From IMG/VR virus record IMGVR_UViG_3300047667_001391: a DNA stretch of 23,005 nt; one strand, given 5' to 3'. Positions within the stretch are counted from its first letter, which is position 1. Each line of letters starts with the position of its first letter. The notes under the pieces are model-generated. The model made no database searches and had not been told where the DNA came from. It saw nothing but the letters and a program-made list of their open reading frames with translations. Positions 1 through 7,092 of this stretch are shown here, in pieces. The translations under genes and the position numbers were made by a program. This DNA is from a virus. Its lineage: Duplodnaviria > Heunggongvirae > Uroviricota > Caudoviricetes.

Positions 1-1
1 T

Positions 2-85
2 TGTTTGTTTATTTATATTAAGTATGTTAGAAATTTCAGGTGTGTTGCGCCAGTAAATAAAATTAGTTACATACCAGAAGAATAA
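2..85 (+). CDS. possible 3' end of an upstream CDS (partial)
   Basis: Frame 2 is open from the window start to TAA at 83-85 (CLFIYIKYVRNFRCVAPVNKISYIPEE*). Same strand as the downstream genes, and it ends in a hairpin. Confidence 0.35.
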   Translation, partial: CLFIYIKYVRNFRCVAPVNKISYIPEE

Positions 86-99
86 TCTTCTGGTATTTT
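71..99 (+). terminator. putative intrinsic terminator / stem-loop
   Basis: 11-bp perfect stem ATACCAGAAGA-ATAA-TCTTCTGGTAT followed by a short T run. Confidence 0.5.
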
Positions 100-117
100 A
101 AACAACGAGGGGATAGT

Positions 118-663
118 ATGAGATATACAGTTGATTTTTATCGTAAGTTATTGGTGTTAGTTAGTGTCGGTGATATTACGTCCAGAGAGTTTCAGGGTAT
201 TGCGAATAAGCTACCTGAAACAAAAGGTAATGGTGGTGCAGTGAAGTCTATATTACCAAGAATAGAAAGAGCACTGAGTGGGGATTTCAGAGAAAGTGAC
301 AAGAAGCGAATAGCTACATTATATCGAATTAGACAAGCTCATTATGGATTGGGTGGTTGTAAACTCGCGCCAATAACTGGAAGATTTGATGCCGCTATTG
401 ACTACACAAGATCAAAATGTTTTAATTTTGAGTCTTACACCAATAGTTATCATGCAACGGAACGGGAATACGTGCTTCAAATAATAAATCTTAAATCAAA
501 TCTCAGTAACCAAGGTTTGATTGCAGGTAACACACAAGAGTTATTTAATCCATCTGGAGTAAAATCTTTTGATGCACCAATAAAAGATTTACGTGGACCG
601 AAAACTAAAGTGCATATTTTCTTTAGTAAAATCATCAAATACATTAAGTCTATATTCTGCTAG
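118..663 (+). CDS. hypothetical protein (181 aa)
   Basis: ORF with RBS GAGGGG at 107-112. Basic amphipathic C-terminus. No family recognised. Confidence 0.8.
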   Translation: MRYTVDFYRKLLVLVSVGDITSREFQGIANKLPETKGNGGAVKSILPRIERALSGDFRESDKKRIATLYRIRQAHYGLGGCKLAPITGRFDAAIDYTRSKCFNFESYTNSYHATEREYVLQIINLKSNLSNQGLIAGNTQELFNPSGVKSFDAPIKDLRGPKTKVHIFFSKIIKYIKSIFC

Positions 664-691
664 AATACGATTTTAAATAACTGAGGTACAT

Positions 692-1330
692 ATGAAAGAT
701 AGTCCACAACACATTATTTATGACTTTGAAACGGTCGACACTAAACCGACGTCGGCGGTGGCATCAGTAGCTTTTATTCTCTTTAGACCAGAAGAATTAA
801 AGACATTTGATGAATTGGTGTCGGGTGCATTGAGAATTAAGTTTGACTTAAAAGAACAATTATCTACACTCAATAGAACATTCTCAAAGGAAACCATAGA
901 GTGGTGGAAATCTGAAGAAAATGCAGAGGCATACAAAAAAGTTATCATGCCATCACCACAAGATGTTTCAATTAGATTTTTTAATCAAATTCTGACAAAG
1001 TGGCTGGCTGATAATAAATATGTAGCTAATTGCGGGGAAAAGGTTTGGACTCGTGGTAACAATTTTGATCCTCCAATTTTTGACAATATATACCAGCAGT
1101 TTGGTTGGGAGGCTAACTACCCATGGTGGAATGTAAGAGACGTTCGCACTGAGATAGATGCTGTTGTACCTTATTGGGATGATGAGCACGAAGGTCGCGG
1201 TTATATTAAAGAGTTTCCATATGACGATAAATTTATGAAGCATATGGAAACTCATGATTGTGCTCGTGATATATTAATGATGCAATATGCCCATATTGGG
1301 TTAGCACATAAACTTTCAGGTGAGAGGTAA
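692..1330 (+). CDS. dexA: DEDD-family 3'-5' exonuclease, T4 DexA-like (exonuclease A)
   Basis: Motifs YDFET (ExoI), TFDELVSGALRIKFDLKEQ, TIEWWK, WTRGNNFDPPI (ExoII), WNVRDVRT and HDCARDILMMQYA (ExoIII) closely parallel T4 DexA as recalled. RBS GAGG upstream. Confidence 0.88.
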   Translation: MKDSPQHIIYDFETVDTKPTSAVASVAFILFRPEELKTFDELVSGALRIKFDLKEQLSTLNRTFSKETIEWWKSEENAEAYKKVIMPSPQDVSIRFFNQILTKWLADNKYVANCGEKVWTRGNNFDPPIFDNIYQQFGWEANYPWWNVRDVRTEIDAVVPYWDDEHEGRGYIKEFPYDDKFMKHMETHDCARDILMMQYAHIGLAHKLSGER

Positions 1331-1332
1331 TT

Positions 1333-1695
1333 ATGATAAACGAAAACATGAAAAAGGTTTTGGTTGCCTTACGTTCCGGTGAATATAATCAATCTAAGCT
1401 TAATTTACAGAATATTAGTGGGTATTGTTGTTTGGGTGTTATGTGTGAAGTTTACGAAAAGGAAACAGGAAATACACTTGACCGTGATACTCTTGGAATA
1501 ATAAAAGGATCGGACCTTAGAGACCAAGAACATGTACAAAATTGGGTCGGACTTAGGACATTTATAGGTGAAGTTTTTTTAGACACCAATGAGCTGAATG
1601 CGCAGGACTTAACTATGATGAATGATCACTCAAACAAAACATTCCTAGAAATTGCTGATTTCATTGAATCTGAGCCAGAAGGTTTATTATTATGA
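1333..1695 (+). CDS. conserved phage hypothetical protein, ALRSG-CCLGV family, array copy 1
   Basis: ALRSGEYxQ...CCLGVMC...WxGL...MND...FxEIADFIE, a motif set seen in many phage hypothetical proteins. RBS lies in the 3' end of dexA. Confidence 0.88.
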   Translation: MINENMKKVLVALRSGEYNQSKLNLQNISGYCCLGVMCEVYEKETGNTLDRDTLGIIKGSDLRDQEHVQNWVGLRTFIGEVFLDTNELNAQDLTMMNDHSNKTFLEIADFIESEPEGLLL

Positions 1696-2066
1696 TAAAC
1701 GAAAACATGAAAAAGGTTTTAGTTGCCTTACGTTCCGATGAATATAAACAAACTAAGCTTATGTTACATAACACTGAAGGTCACTGTTGTTTAGGTGTTA
1801 TGTGTGAAGTTTACGAAAAGGAAACAGGAAATACACTTGACCGTGACACAACAGGTTTTATTATTGGGGGAGACCTCGACGACCAAGATAAAGTACAGGA
1901 GTGGGTTGGTCTTAGAACTTCTGAAGGTGATCATCGAATGAAAAGGTATGCTGCTGATAAAGATCCTATTACCAGAGACCTGACCCAATTAAATGACAGC
2001 AGCAATTACAATTTCTTGCATATCGCTGATCACATCGAATCTGAGCCAGAAGGTTTATTATTATGA
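1692..2066 (+). CDS. ALRSG-CCLGV family, array copy 2
   Basis: Paralogue of 1333-1695. ATGA start/stop overlap. Confidence 0.88.
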   Translation: MINENMKKVLVALRSDEYKQTKLMLHNTEGHCCLGVMCEVYEKETGNTLDRDTTGFIIGGDLDDQDKVQEWVGLRTSEGDHRMKRYAADKDPITRDLTQLNDSSNYNFLHIADHIESEPEGLLL

Positions 2067-2410
2067 TAAACGAAAACATGAAAAAGGTTTTAGTTGCCTT
2101 ACGTTCCGGTGAATATAAACAAACTCAAGAATCGTTACAAGATGGGCAAGGGCATTGTTGTTTAGGTGTCATGTGTGATGTCTTCGCGAAAGAGACGGGC
2201 AGTACTCTCAGAACGTTTGATGACACAGGTCACATATACGGGGTCAGCCTTAATGAGCATAATGATGTACAAGAGTGGGCGGGACTCCAGCATTGCACCG
2301 GAGAAAGTCAATTTAAATTTAGCTTAGTGCAGCTAAATGATATTGAGGGTAAAACATTCTCAGAAATCGCTGACTTCATCGAAACTGAGCCAGAAGGATT
2401 ATTAGTATGA
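2063..2410 (+). CDS. ALRSG-CCLGV family, array copy 3
   Basis: Paralogue. ATGA overlap. Confidence 0.88.
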   Translation: MINENMKKVLVALRSGEYKQTQESLQDGQGHCCLGVMCDVFAKETGSTLRTFDDTGHIYGVSLNEHNDVQEWAGLQHCTGESQFKFSLVQLNDIEGKTFSEIADFIETEPEGLLV

Positions 2411-2772
2411 TAAACGAAAACATGAAAAAGGTTTTAGTTGCCTTACGTTCCGGTGAATATAAACAAACTAAGGAAGCACTTCAAAATTCTAGTGGTCACT
2501 GCTGTTTAGGTGTCATGTGTGAGGTCTACGAAAAGGAAACGGGGGATATTATAGACCGGAGAACATCTGGTAATATTATGGGAGGTAATTTAAGTAGGCA
2601 TGAAAAAGTACAGACGTGGGTTGGTCTATTGACATCATCAGGGGATATAACGATTGTCTCGCCAAATAGCTCAAAACATATCTCACTGGCACATATGAAT
2701 GATAGTGAGGGTAAAACATTCTCAGAAATTGCCGATTTTATTGAGTCTGAGCCAAAAGGATTATTAGTATAA
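2407..2772 (+). CDS. ALRSG-CCLGV family, array copy 4
   Basis: Paralogue. ATGA overlap at the start. Ends in TAA with no coupled ATG. Confidence 0.88.
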   Translation: MINENMKKVLVALRSGEYKQTKEALQNSSGHCCLGVMCEVYEKETGDIIDRRTSGNIMGGNLSRHEKVQTWVGLLTSSGDITIVSPNSSKHISLAHMNDSEGKTFSEIADFIESEPKGLLV

Positions 2773-2779
2773 TCAATCC

Positions 2780-2807
2780 TTTACATCTTAGTTCAGTAGT
2801 GTAATAT
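2780..2807 (+). promoter_or_regulatory. putative sigma70-type early promoter
   Basis: TTTACA-N16-TAATAT in the intergenic region after the array. Confidence 0.55.
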
Positions 2808-2821
2808 GCACCTGAGCTAAG

Positions 2822-2854
2822 GGGTTGTCCCGAAGCAGTTCGAAAGGAAGACCC
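2822..2854 (+). promoter_or_regulatory. 5'-UTR hairpin covering the RBS of the 2860 ORF
   Basis: GGGT-TG-TCC-CGAA-GCAG-TTCG-AAA-GGA-AG-ACCC folds into a long GC-rich stem containing GGAAG. Confidence 0.45.
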
Positions 2855-2859
2855 AGATA

Positions 2860-3069
2860 ATGAGACAATATGCCGTAACTAAAATAAAAAACAGTGATTG
2901 CGAAAAATTTAAAAATATCCATGTGGGTATGGAAATGGACCAGCAGACGATATCTGAGAATTTTGATGATTGTGATTTGATTTCGTTTAGGTTTCATTAC
3001 GGAAAAAGAACTGTTGTTGTGGGAAATTCATTATCTTTTATTTACTTTACTGAATTAGAGAATTATTAA
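2860..3069 (+). CDS. hypothetical protein (69 aa)
   Basis: ORF with RBS AGGAAG 9 nt upstream. Packed against the next gene. Confidence 0.7.
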   Translation: MRQYAVTKIKNSDCEKFKNIHVGMEMDQQTISENFDDCDLISFRFHYGKRTVVVGNSLSFIYFTELENY

Positions 3070-3070
3070 C

Positions 3071-3571
3071 ATGCAAAATAAATTAAAAATCGCTTCAGAT
3101 TTGGCCGTAAAATTAGGCGCGAACATTAACTTACTTGAGTTACGCGCAGAATCACAAACACTAACACCACACAATACATTAATTACCACATTTTACTATA
3201 ATGATGAATTGTTTGTACACTCCTACTTATATATCAATACTGGTTATTTTGGTACATGTCTGCGCGTAGGCGAAGAACAAGAGGATATAGCGGCATCTGG
3301 TACTATAGAATCTGGTACTATAGAAGCGGCATCTGGTACATCTGGTACTACAGAAACAGTTGATTGGGACTCATTACCAGAGATGGTGACTATTTGGGTT
3401 TACAAGAGCTTGTGGGCAACGGATGGTAAGACATTGGAACGGGTTGCGCATAAATTCGGTGAGTGGTATAGATTAGAAATTGGAGTGCCAGCATCTGGCT
3501 GTAAAAAAATTACATACATGGTACATGAGTCAAGGGTAGATAAAATAATCAAAGCTGGCAAGATTGGATAG
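3071..3571 (+). CDS. hypothetical protein (166 aa) with Ser-Gly-Thr repeat linker
   Basis: Closely packed ORF with internal AASGTIESGTIEAASGTSGTTE. Confidence 0.8.
   Translation: MQNKLKIASDLAVKLGANINLLELRAESQTLTPHNTLITTFYYNDELFVHSYLYINTGYFGTCLRVGEEQEDIAASGTIESGTIEAASGTSGTTETVDWDSLPEMVTIWVYKSLWATDGKTLERVAHKFGEWYRLEIGVPASGCKKITYMVHESRVDKIIKAGKIG
3290..3355 (+). repeat. short in-frame tandem repeats (TCTGGTAC x4)
   Basis: gcggcatctggtactatagaa / tctggtactatagaa / gcggcatctggtaca / tctggtactacagaa. Confidence 0.85.
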
Positions 3572-3851
3572 ATTTCCGTTAATTGAATTAATAGATGCAT
3601 TAGATGATGATTTATGCAATACTCCTCTTGTCGTCAAGGCGATGCCAGCAGAAGGCGAACGAAAATTGTGTTTTTTTCGAGGAGAATGGATAGTGCTTCA
3701 GGTTGATCTTGAGTCCCCAACATTTGAAGAAAACTTTATGCCGTTTTTGTATTGGCGGGAACCGTTTTCGGATACACTTTGCATTGAACACCATGACGTG
3801 TCAACATGGGTAGACTTACCCGAAATACCAACAGAAGAGATAACATTATGA
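3564..3851 (+). CDS. hypothetical protein (95 aa), weak DUF551-like C-terminus
   Basis: Overlaps both neighbours. C-terminal DVSTWVDLPEIP resembles the VTHWxxLPxxP motif. Confidence 0.7.
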   Translation: MDRFPLIELIDALDDDLCNTPLVVKAMPAEGERKLCFFRGEWIVLQVDLESPTFEENFMPFLYWREPFSDTLCIEHHDVSTWVDLPEIPTEEITL

Positions 3852-4264
3852 TGGAAAAAGACCAATTCAAAAAAATGATTACTGATGCAGCTGATAAGTT
3901 GTTTATCCAAAACAAACAAAGTAAGAGAGTGAGCACTTCAGCTGACGGTGCAACTACTATAAAATGTTCATATAGAGGTGATGGTGGTACATGTTGTCCA
4001 GTGGGTTTCATGATGGATGACGAGAGTGCTAGATTGGCAGATCTAGAAACAAATAGTGGCGTGACTGCTATATACAAAAAAGGTATTTGGGGTACGGAAC
4101 TAACGGAGTACCAAGTTGGTATATTATCTCGTTTACAGGCGACACATGATAAGGCAGACAAGGTCAGTATTAGTTTTCAAGTCCAATTCATAGAAAAACT
4201 TAGGATAAATTCTTTGGGGTGGGTAGCTGATTATATTGAAGGAAATAATGATGGCCAAGTATGA
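3848..4264 (+). CDS. conserved phage hypothetical protein (CxYRG...CxVG family); start revised from 3806 to 3848
   Basis: ATGA overlap with the upstream stop at 3848-3851. Motifs KCSYRGDGGTCCPVG and LQATHD. Confidence 0.78.
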   Translation: MMEKDQFKKMITDAADKLFIQNKQSKRVSTSADGATTIKCSYRGDGGTCCPVGFMMDDESARLADLETNSGVTAIYKKGIWGTELTEYQVGILSRLQATHDKADKVSISFQVQFIEKLRINSLGWVADYIEGNNDGQV

Positions 4265-4526
4265 GCCTATTTTTTTATCTGGGAATGGTGGTTACCCCCG
4301 ATCTACATTGCGGGATCGCGTTGCTGCACTCCAAAAAGAAAATAAAGAATATAAGCATAAGGTAGATGTTCTCACTAAGTTAGTTGAAGGATTATGTGAG
4401 ACCGTATCTATTGCAGTGGTCACCATAGAAGGTCACGAGCATGATGATAAAGAATTAATGCTACTTGAAGCTGACCTTACAGAATTAATATCAATGGCCA
4501 ACGATGAAGTTTCATCGTTGTCATAA
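4248..4526 (+). CDS. hypothetical coiled-coil protein; start revised to ATG 4248 (or 4251)
   Basis: RBS GAAGGA precedes ATGATG at 4248. The TTG at 4236 overlaps that RBS. Confidence 0.75.
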   Translation: MMAKYEPIFLSGNGGYPRSTLRDRVAALQKENKEYKHKVDVLTKLVEGLCETVSIAVVTIEGHEHDDKELMLLEADLTELISMANDEVSSLS

Positions 4527-4543
4527 ATTTATAGGATAAAATA

Positions 4544-4834
4544 ATGGAAATATTTACATTGTTCGTCGGTCAATTTTTGATGATTTATGTGTTAGGATTG
4601 CAGTCATTAATGGTTCGAGACAATAACTACATCGGTGCGGCGATAGGTTCTACCCTAATTGGAATCTCGCAGTTTTACTTAACTTCATTGATTGCCGATA
4701 TGGGTTTAGAATCAATTGGCACAATAGCTTGGTATGTTTTTATTATTGCTGGACCACTTGCGATAGTGACCTCGATGAAGACTCATCCGTTTATTGCACA
4801 ATTAACAAAGAAGAAAATCAAAAAAGCAGATTAA
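4544..4834 (+). CDS. small integral membrane protein (~3 TM)
   Basis: Three hydrophobic segments and a basic C-terminal tail. RBS AGGA. Confidence 0.82.
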   Translation: MEIFTLFVGQFLMIYVLGLQSLMVRDNNYIGAAIGSTLIGISQFYLTSLIADMGLESIGTIAWYVFIIAGPLAIVTSMKTHPFIAQLTKKKIKKAD

Positions 4835-4848
4835 TTTGTGGGTTATAC

Positions 4849-4876
4849 TTTACATGATAAATATATTATGTATACT
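4849..4876 (+). promoter_or_regulatory. putative sigma70-type promoter
   Basis: TTTACA-N16-TATACT upstream of the 4914 ORF / ligase operon. Confidence 0.6.
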
Positions 4877-4913
4877 CACCCCATCGAAATAAACAACATA
4901 GTAGGAATACACA

Positions 4914-5255
4914 ATGAGTCTAAAGACTGCAATAGAACAAGAATGCAAGAACTGCACATATGACCAATCGTCTGACGGTAGCTGGAGACAGCAAATCAAA
5001 GGGTGTTGTGGCAGTAAGTGTGAATTGTACAAAGTCCGTCCGTTACCAATTGGGGATAGACATGAAATTCTTTCTAGTCGCCGCAAAGCTGTCGATGCTC
5101 AATGCAAGGCCTGTATATACGATGTGGGTGATTTAGATGCAGTGGGTACATGGAGACAACAAGTTCGAGATTGTAAGTCTACTGGGTGTGGCATATATAA
5201 AGAAAGACCAATGCCTATCTCCAGCAATGAAATACAAATAGTGGAGTTACACTAA
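4914..5255 (+). CDS. Cys-rich protein with two tandem putative Zn-binding domains
   Basis: Two copies of AxxxxCKxCxYD...GxWRQQxxxCxxxxCxxYKxRPxP. RBS AGGA. Confidence 0.82.
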   Translation: MSLKTAIEQECKNCTYDQSSDGSWRQQIKGCCGSKCELYKVRPLPIGDRHEILSSRRKAVDAQCKACIYDVGDLDAVGTWRQQVRDCKSTGCGIYKERPMPISSNEIQIVELH

Positions 5256-6661
5256 TGTCACTTGTTTATGAAGCAATAAAAAGTTTAACTGCCGCCAAGG
5301 GCGCAAATAATAAATTACTTATATTGCGCGAAGAGCTAAGCACACTACAAAGTAAAGCATTAATGGAAATTGTCATTTATACATATGACAATATGAGAAG
5401 TTACCATGTATCCAACATCATAGAAGAGCCATGTAGTTTTGCTGGCAGTATATTTGATGATGTAACCACGAAGAACTATGCACTGACTGACGTGCTAAAA
5501 TACCTTAGATATCTAAACGAAAAGGGTAGCGCAAACAGCGAAGATAAGAGAATGCTCGGTAAAATTAAGGCTGGTCTATCTCATGAAAATAAGACAGTCA
5601 TGGACCTAATCATCAGAAGAGATTTACGTTGCGGCCTCGGCCTTAAAAGTTTCCGTAAGGTGTGGGGCCAAGGATTCCTACCTGACATGAGTTATGCGCT
5701 GATGGCCTCATTCAATGAAAAAAAGGTAAAGAAGTCCATCAACTTTAAAGTGGGTGCATTTAGTCAATTAAAGTCTGATGGCAAACGTAGTATATTAACA
5801 TGTAGAAATCGTTCGTTTGTATCTCGCTCACGTAATGGGATACCAAACGGTCAAGTTGACCAGATTACCGAAATGGCTAAGCAATTTAAAATTGCCGGAG
5901 ACTTTGACCTAGATGGTGAGCTAGTAGTATTAGACGAAAATGGCGATATTTTGCCACGAACCACTGGCAATGGCATTGTAGCTAAAGTAGCGGCAGGGTC
6001 TGCATCTAAAGATGAATTAGCTAGGGTTAGATATGTAGTTTGGGACTTAATCTTACATGACGAAGAACCAATGGTGTACGAAGAACGTTTTGATATGCTA
6101 AAAAAAGAACTTGCTCGTCTATTTCTTAATGGTTACCCAGAAGAAAGTATAATATTAACGGATAGTAAATTTGTATACTCACTGAAGGAAGCAAAAGATC
6201 ATTATCGTGAGCTAGTTAAATCAGGCAAAGAAGGTACAATTTTAAAGGACAGAAGCAGTTTATGGACGTGTGGTGATAGCGATAGCTGCCGAGAAGTTAA
6301 TGGCTTCAAATTCAAAGAATTATTAGAGGGTGACTTCGAGATTACTGGTTGGTATTATGGAAAGAAAGGCACAAAGTACGAAAATGCTATTGGTGGCCTA
6401 GAATGTAAGTCATCTTGTGGGCAGATAGTGTTTAATGTCGGTAGTGGTCTAACGGACGATGTTAGATTCATGGATGACCCAGACAAACTAATAGCAACTA
6501 TAGTCGAGTGTTTGTATAATGCACGAACGATGGTCGAAGGCAGGGGGACTTGGTCGTTGTTCTTACCGCGTGTAACTGAGTTTAGGACGGATAAGTCGGT
6601 TGCTGATGACTTAGATAAAATAATCAAAGCTGAAGAAGCTTATAGAAATTTGGAGGAATAA
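5255..6661 (+). CDS. lig: ATP-dependent DNA ligase (T4 gp30-like)
   Basis: Motif I KSDGKR, III DLDGELV, IIIa YVVWDLI, IV EGTILK, V KFK, OB-fold FNVGSG, VI LFLPRVTEFRTDK. Confidence 0.97.
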   Translation: MSLVYEAIKSLTAAKGANNKLLILREELSTLQSKALMEIVIYTYDNMRSYHVSNIIEEPCSFAGSIFDDVTTKNYALTDVLKYLRYLNEKGSANSEDKRMLGKIKAGLSHENKTVMDLIIRRDLRCGLGLKSFRKVWGQGFLPDMSYALMASFNEKKVKKSINFKVGAFSQLKSDGKRSILTCRNRSFVSRSRNGIPNGQVDQITEMAKQFKIAGDFDLDGELVVLDENGDILPRTTGNGIVAKVAAGSASKDELARVRYVVWDLILHDEEPMVYEERFDMLKKELARLFLNGYPEESIILTDSKFVYSLKEAKDHYRELVKSGKEGTILKDRSSLWTCGDSDSCREVNGFKFKELLEGDFEITGWYYGKKGTKYENAIGGLECKSSCGQIVFNVGSGLTDDVRFMDDPDKLIATIVECLYNARTMVEGRGTWSLFLPRVTEFRTDKSVADDLDKIIKAEEAYRNLEE

Positions 6662-6663
6662 TC

Positions 6664-6915
6664 ATGTCAATAAAAACAGCAGTGCTATCAATAATCTCGG
6701 ACGTTCTGTATATCGCACCTAGCTTTAATCCAGAACAACAAATAGTTGATGACTTGGGTGCCGATGAGATTGATATATTAAATATAGTTACGGAACTAGA
6801 AAATCATTTTGATGTTGTAATATTAGATAAACAAATTTTTGAAAGTATGCGAGCTATGCATTTAGTTGGGGTAATTGAAGATTTAGTCGACGAAAAAAAT
6901 AACAGTCGTTCCTAA
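6664..6915 (+). CDS. acyl carrier protein-like protein lacking the phosphopantetheine Ser
   Basis: Acidic 83-aa protein with DDLGADEIDILNIVTELENHFDVVI versus the ACP consensus DLGADSLDxxELxMxLEEEF. Confidence 0.8.
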   Translation: MSIKTAVLSIISDVLYIAPSFNPEQQIVDDLGADEIDILNIVTELENHFDVVILDKQIFESMRAMHLVGVIEDLVDEKNNSRS

Positions 6916-7092
6916 TTAAGCTCTTGATAAATTAGGTGTATGTATGCATGCATGCACCGTGTTGTTTTAAGGAGGGAATGGATAACTACCGGAAATTTAC
7001 GGTATATGTCATATTATGAAGCCATGCGTAATATGAATAGGTTTAATAATGGGGAATGATCACCCCGTAACATTTAACATTAGGAAAAAATA

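Larger units (their letters stand above)
1333..2772 (+). repeat. tandem 4-unit gene array (~350-375 bp units)
   Basis: The first 63 nt differ by only 0-3 nt among copies. Junctions 1/2 and 2/3 share 72 identical nt (GAATCTGAGCC...CGTTCCG). Copies 1 and 2 share a further 53 identical nt (GGTGTTATG...GACCGTGA). Confidence 0.95.

Noticed and set aside
1333-2772. Array junction repeats as a CRISPR array
   Set aside because: The repeats are coding gene ends, the intervening segments are ~300-bp homologous ORF bodies, and no cas genes are present.
2811-2845. Hammerhead ribozyme or c-di-GMP riboswitch in the leader
   Set aside because: It has CTGAGCTAA and GAAG instead of the CUGANGA/GAAA core, no supporting stems I/III, and no second GEMM stem. 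Kept only as a generic hairpin.
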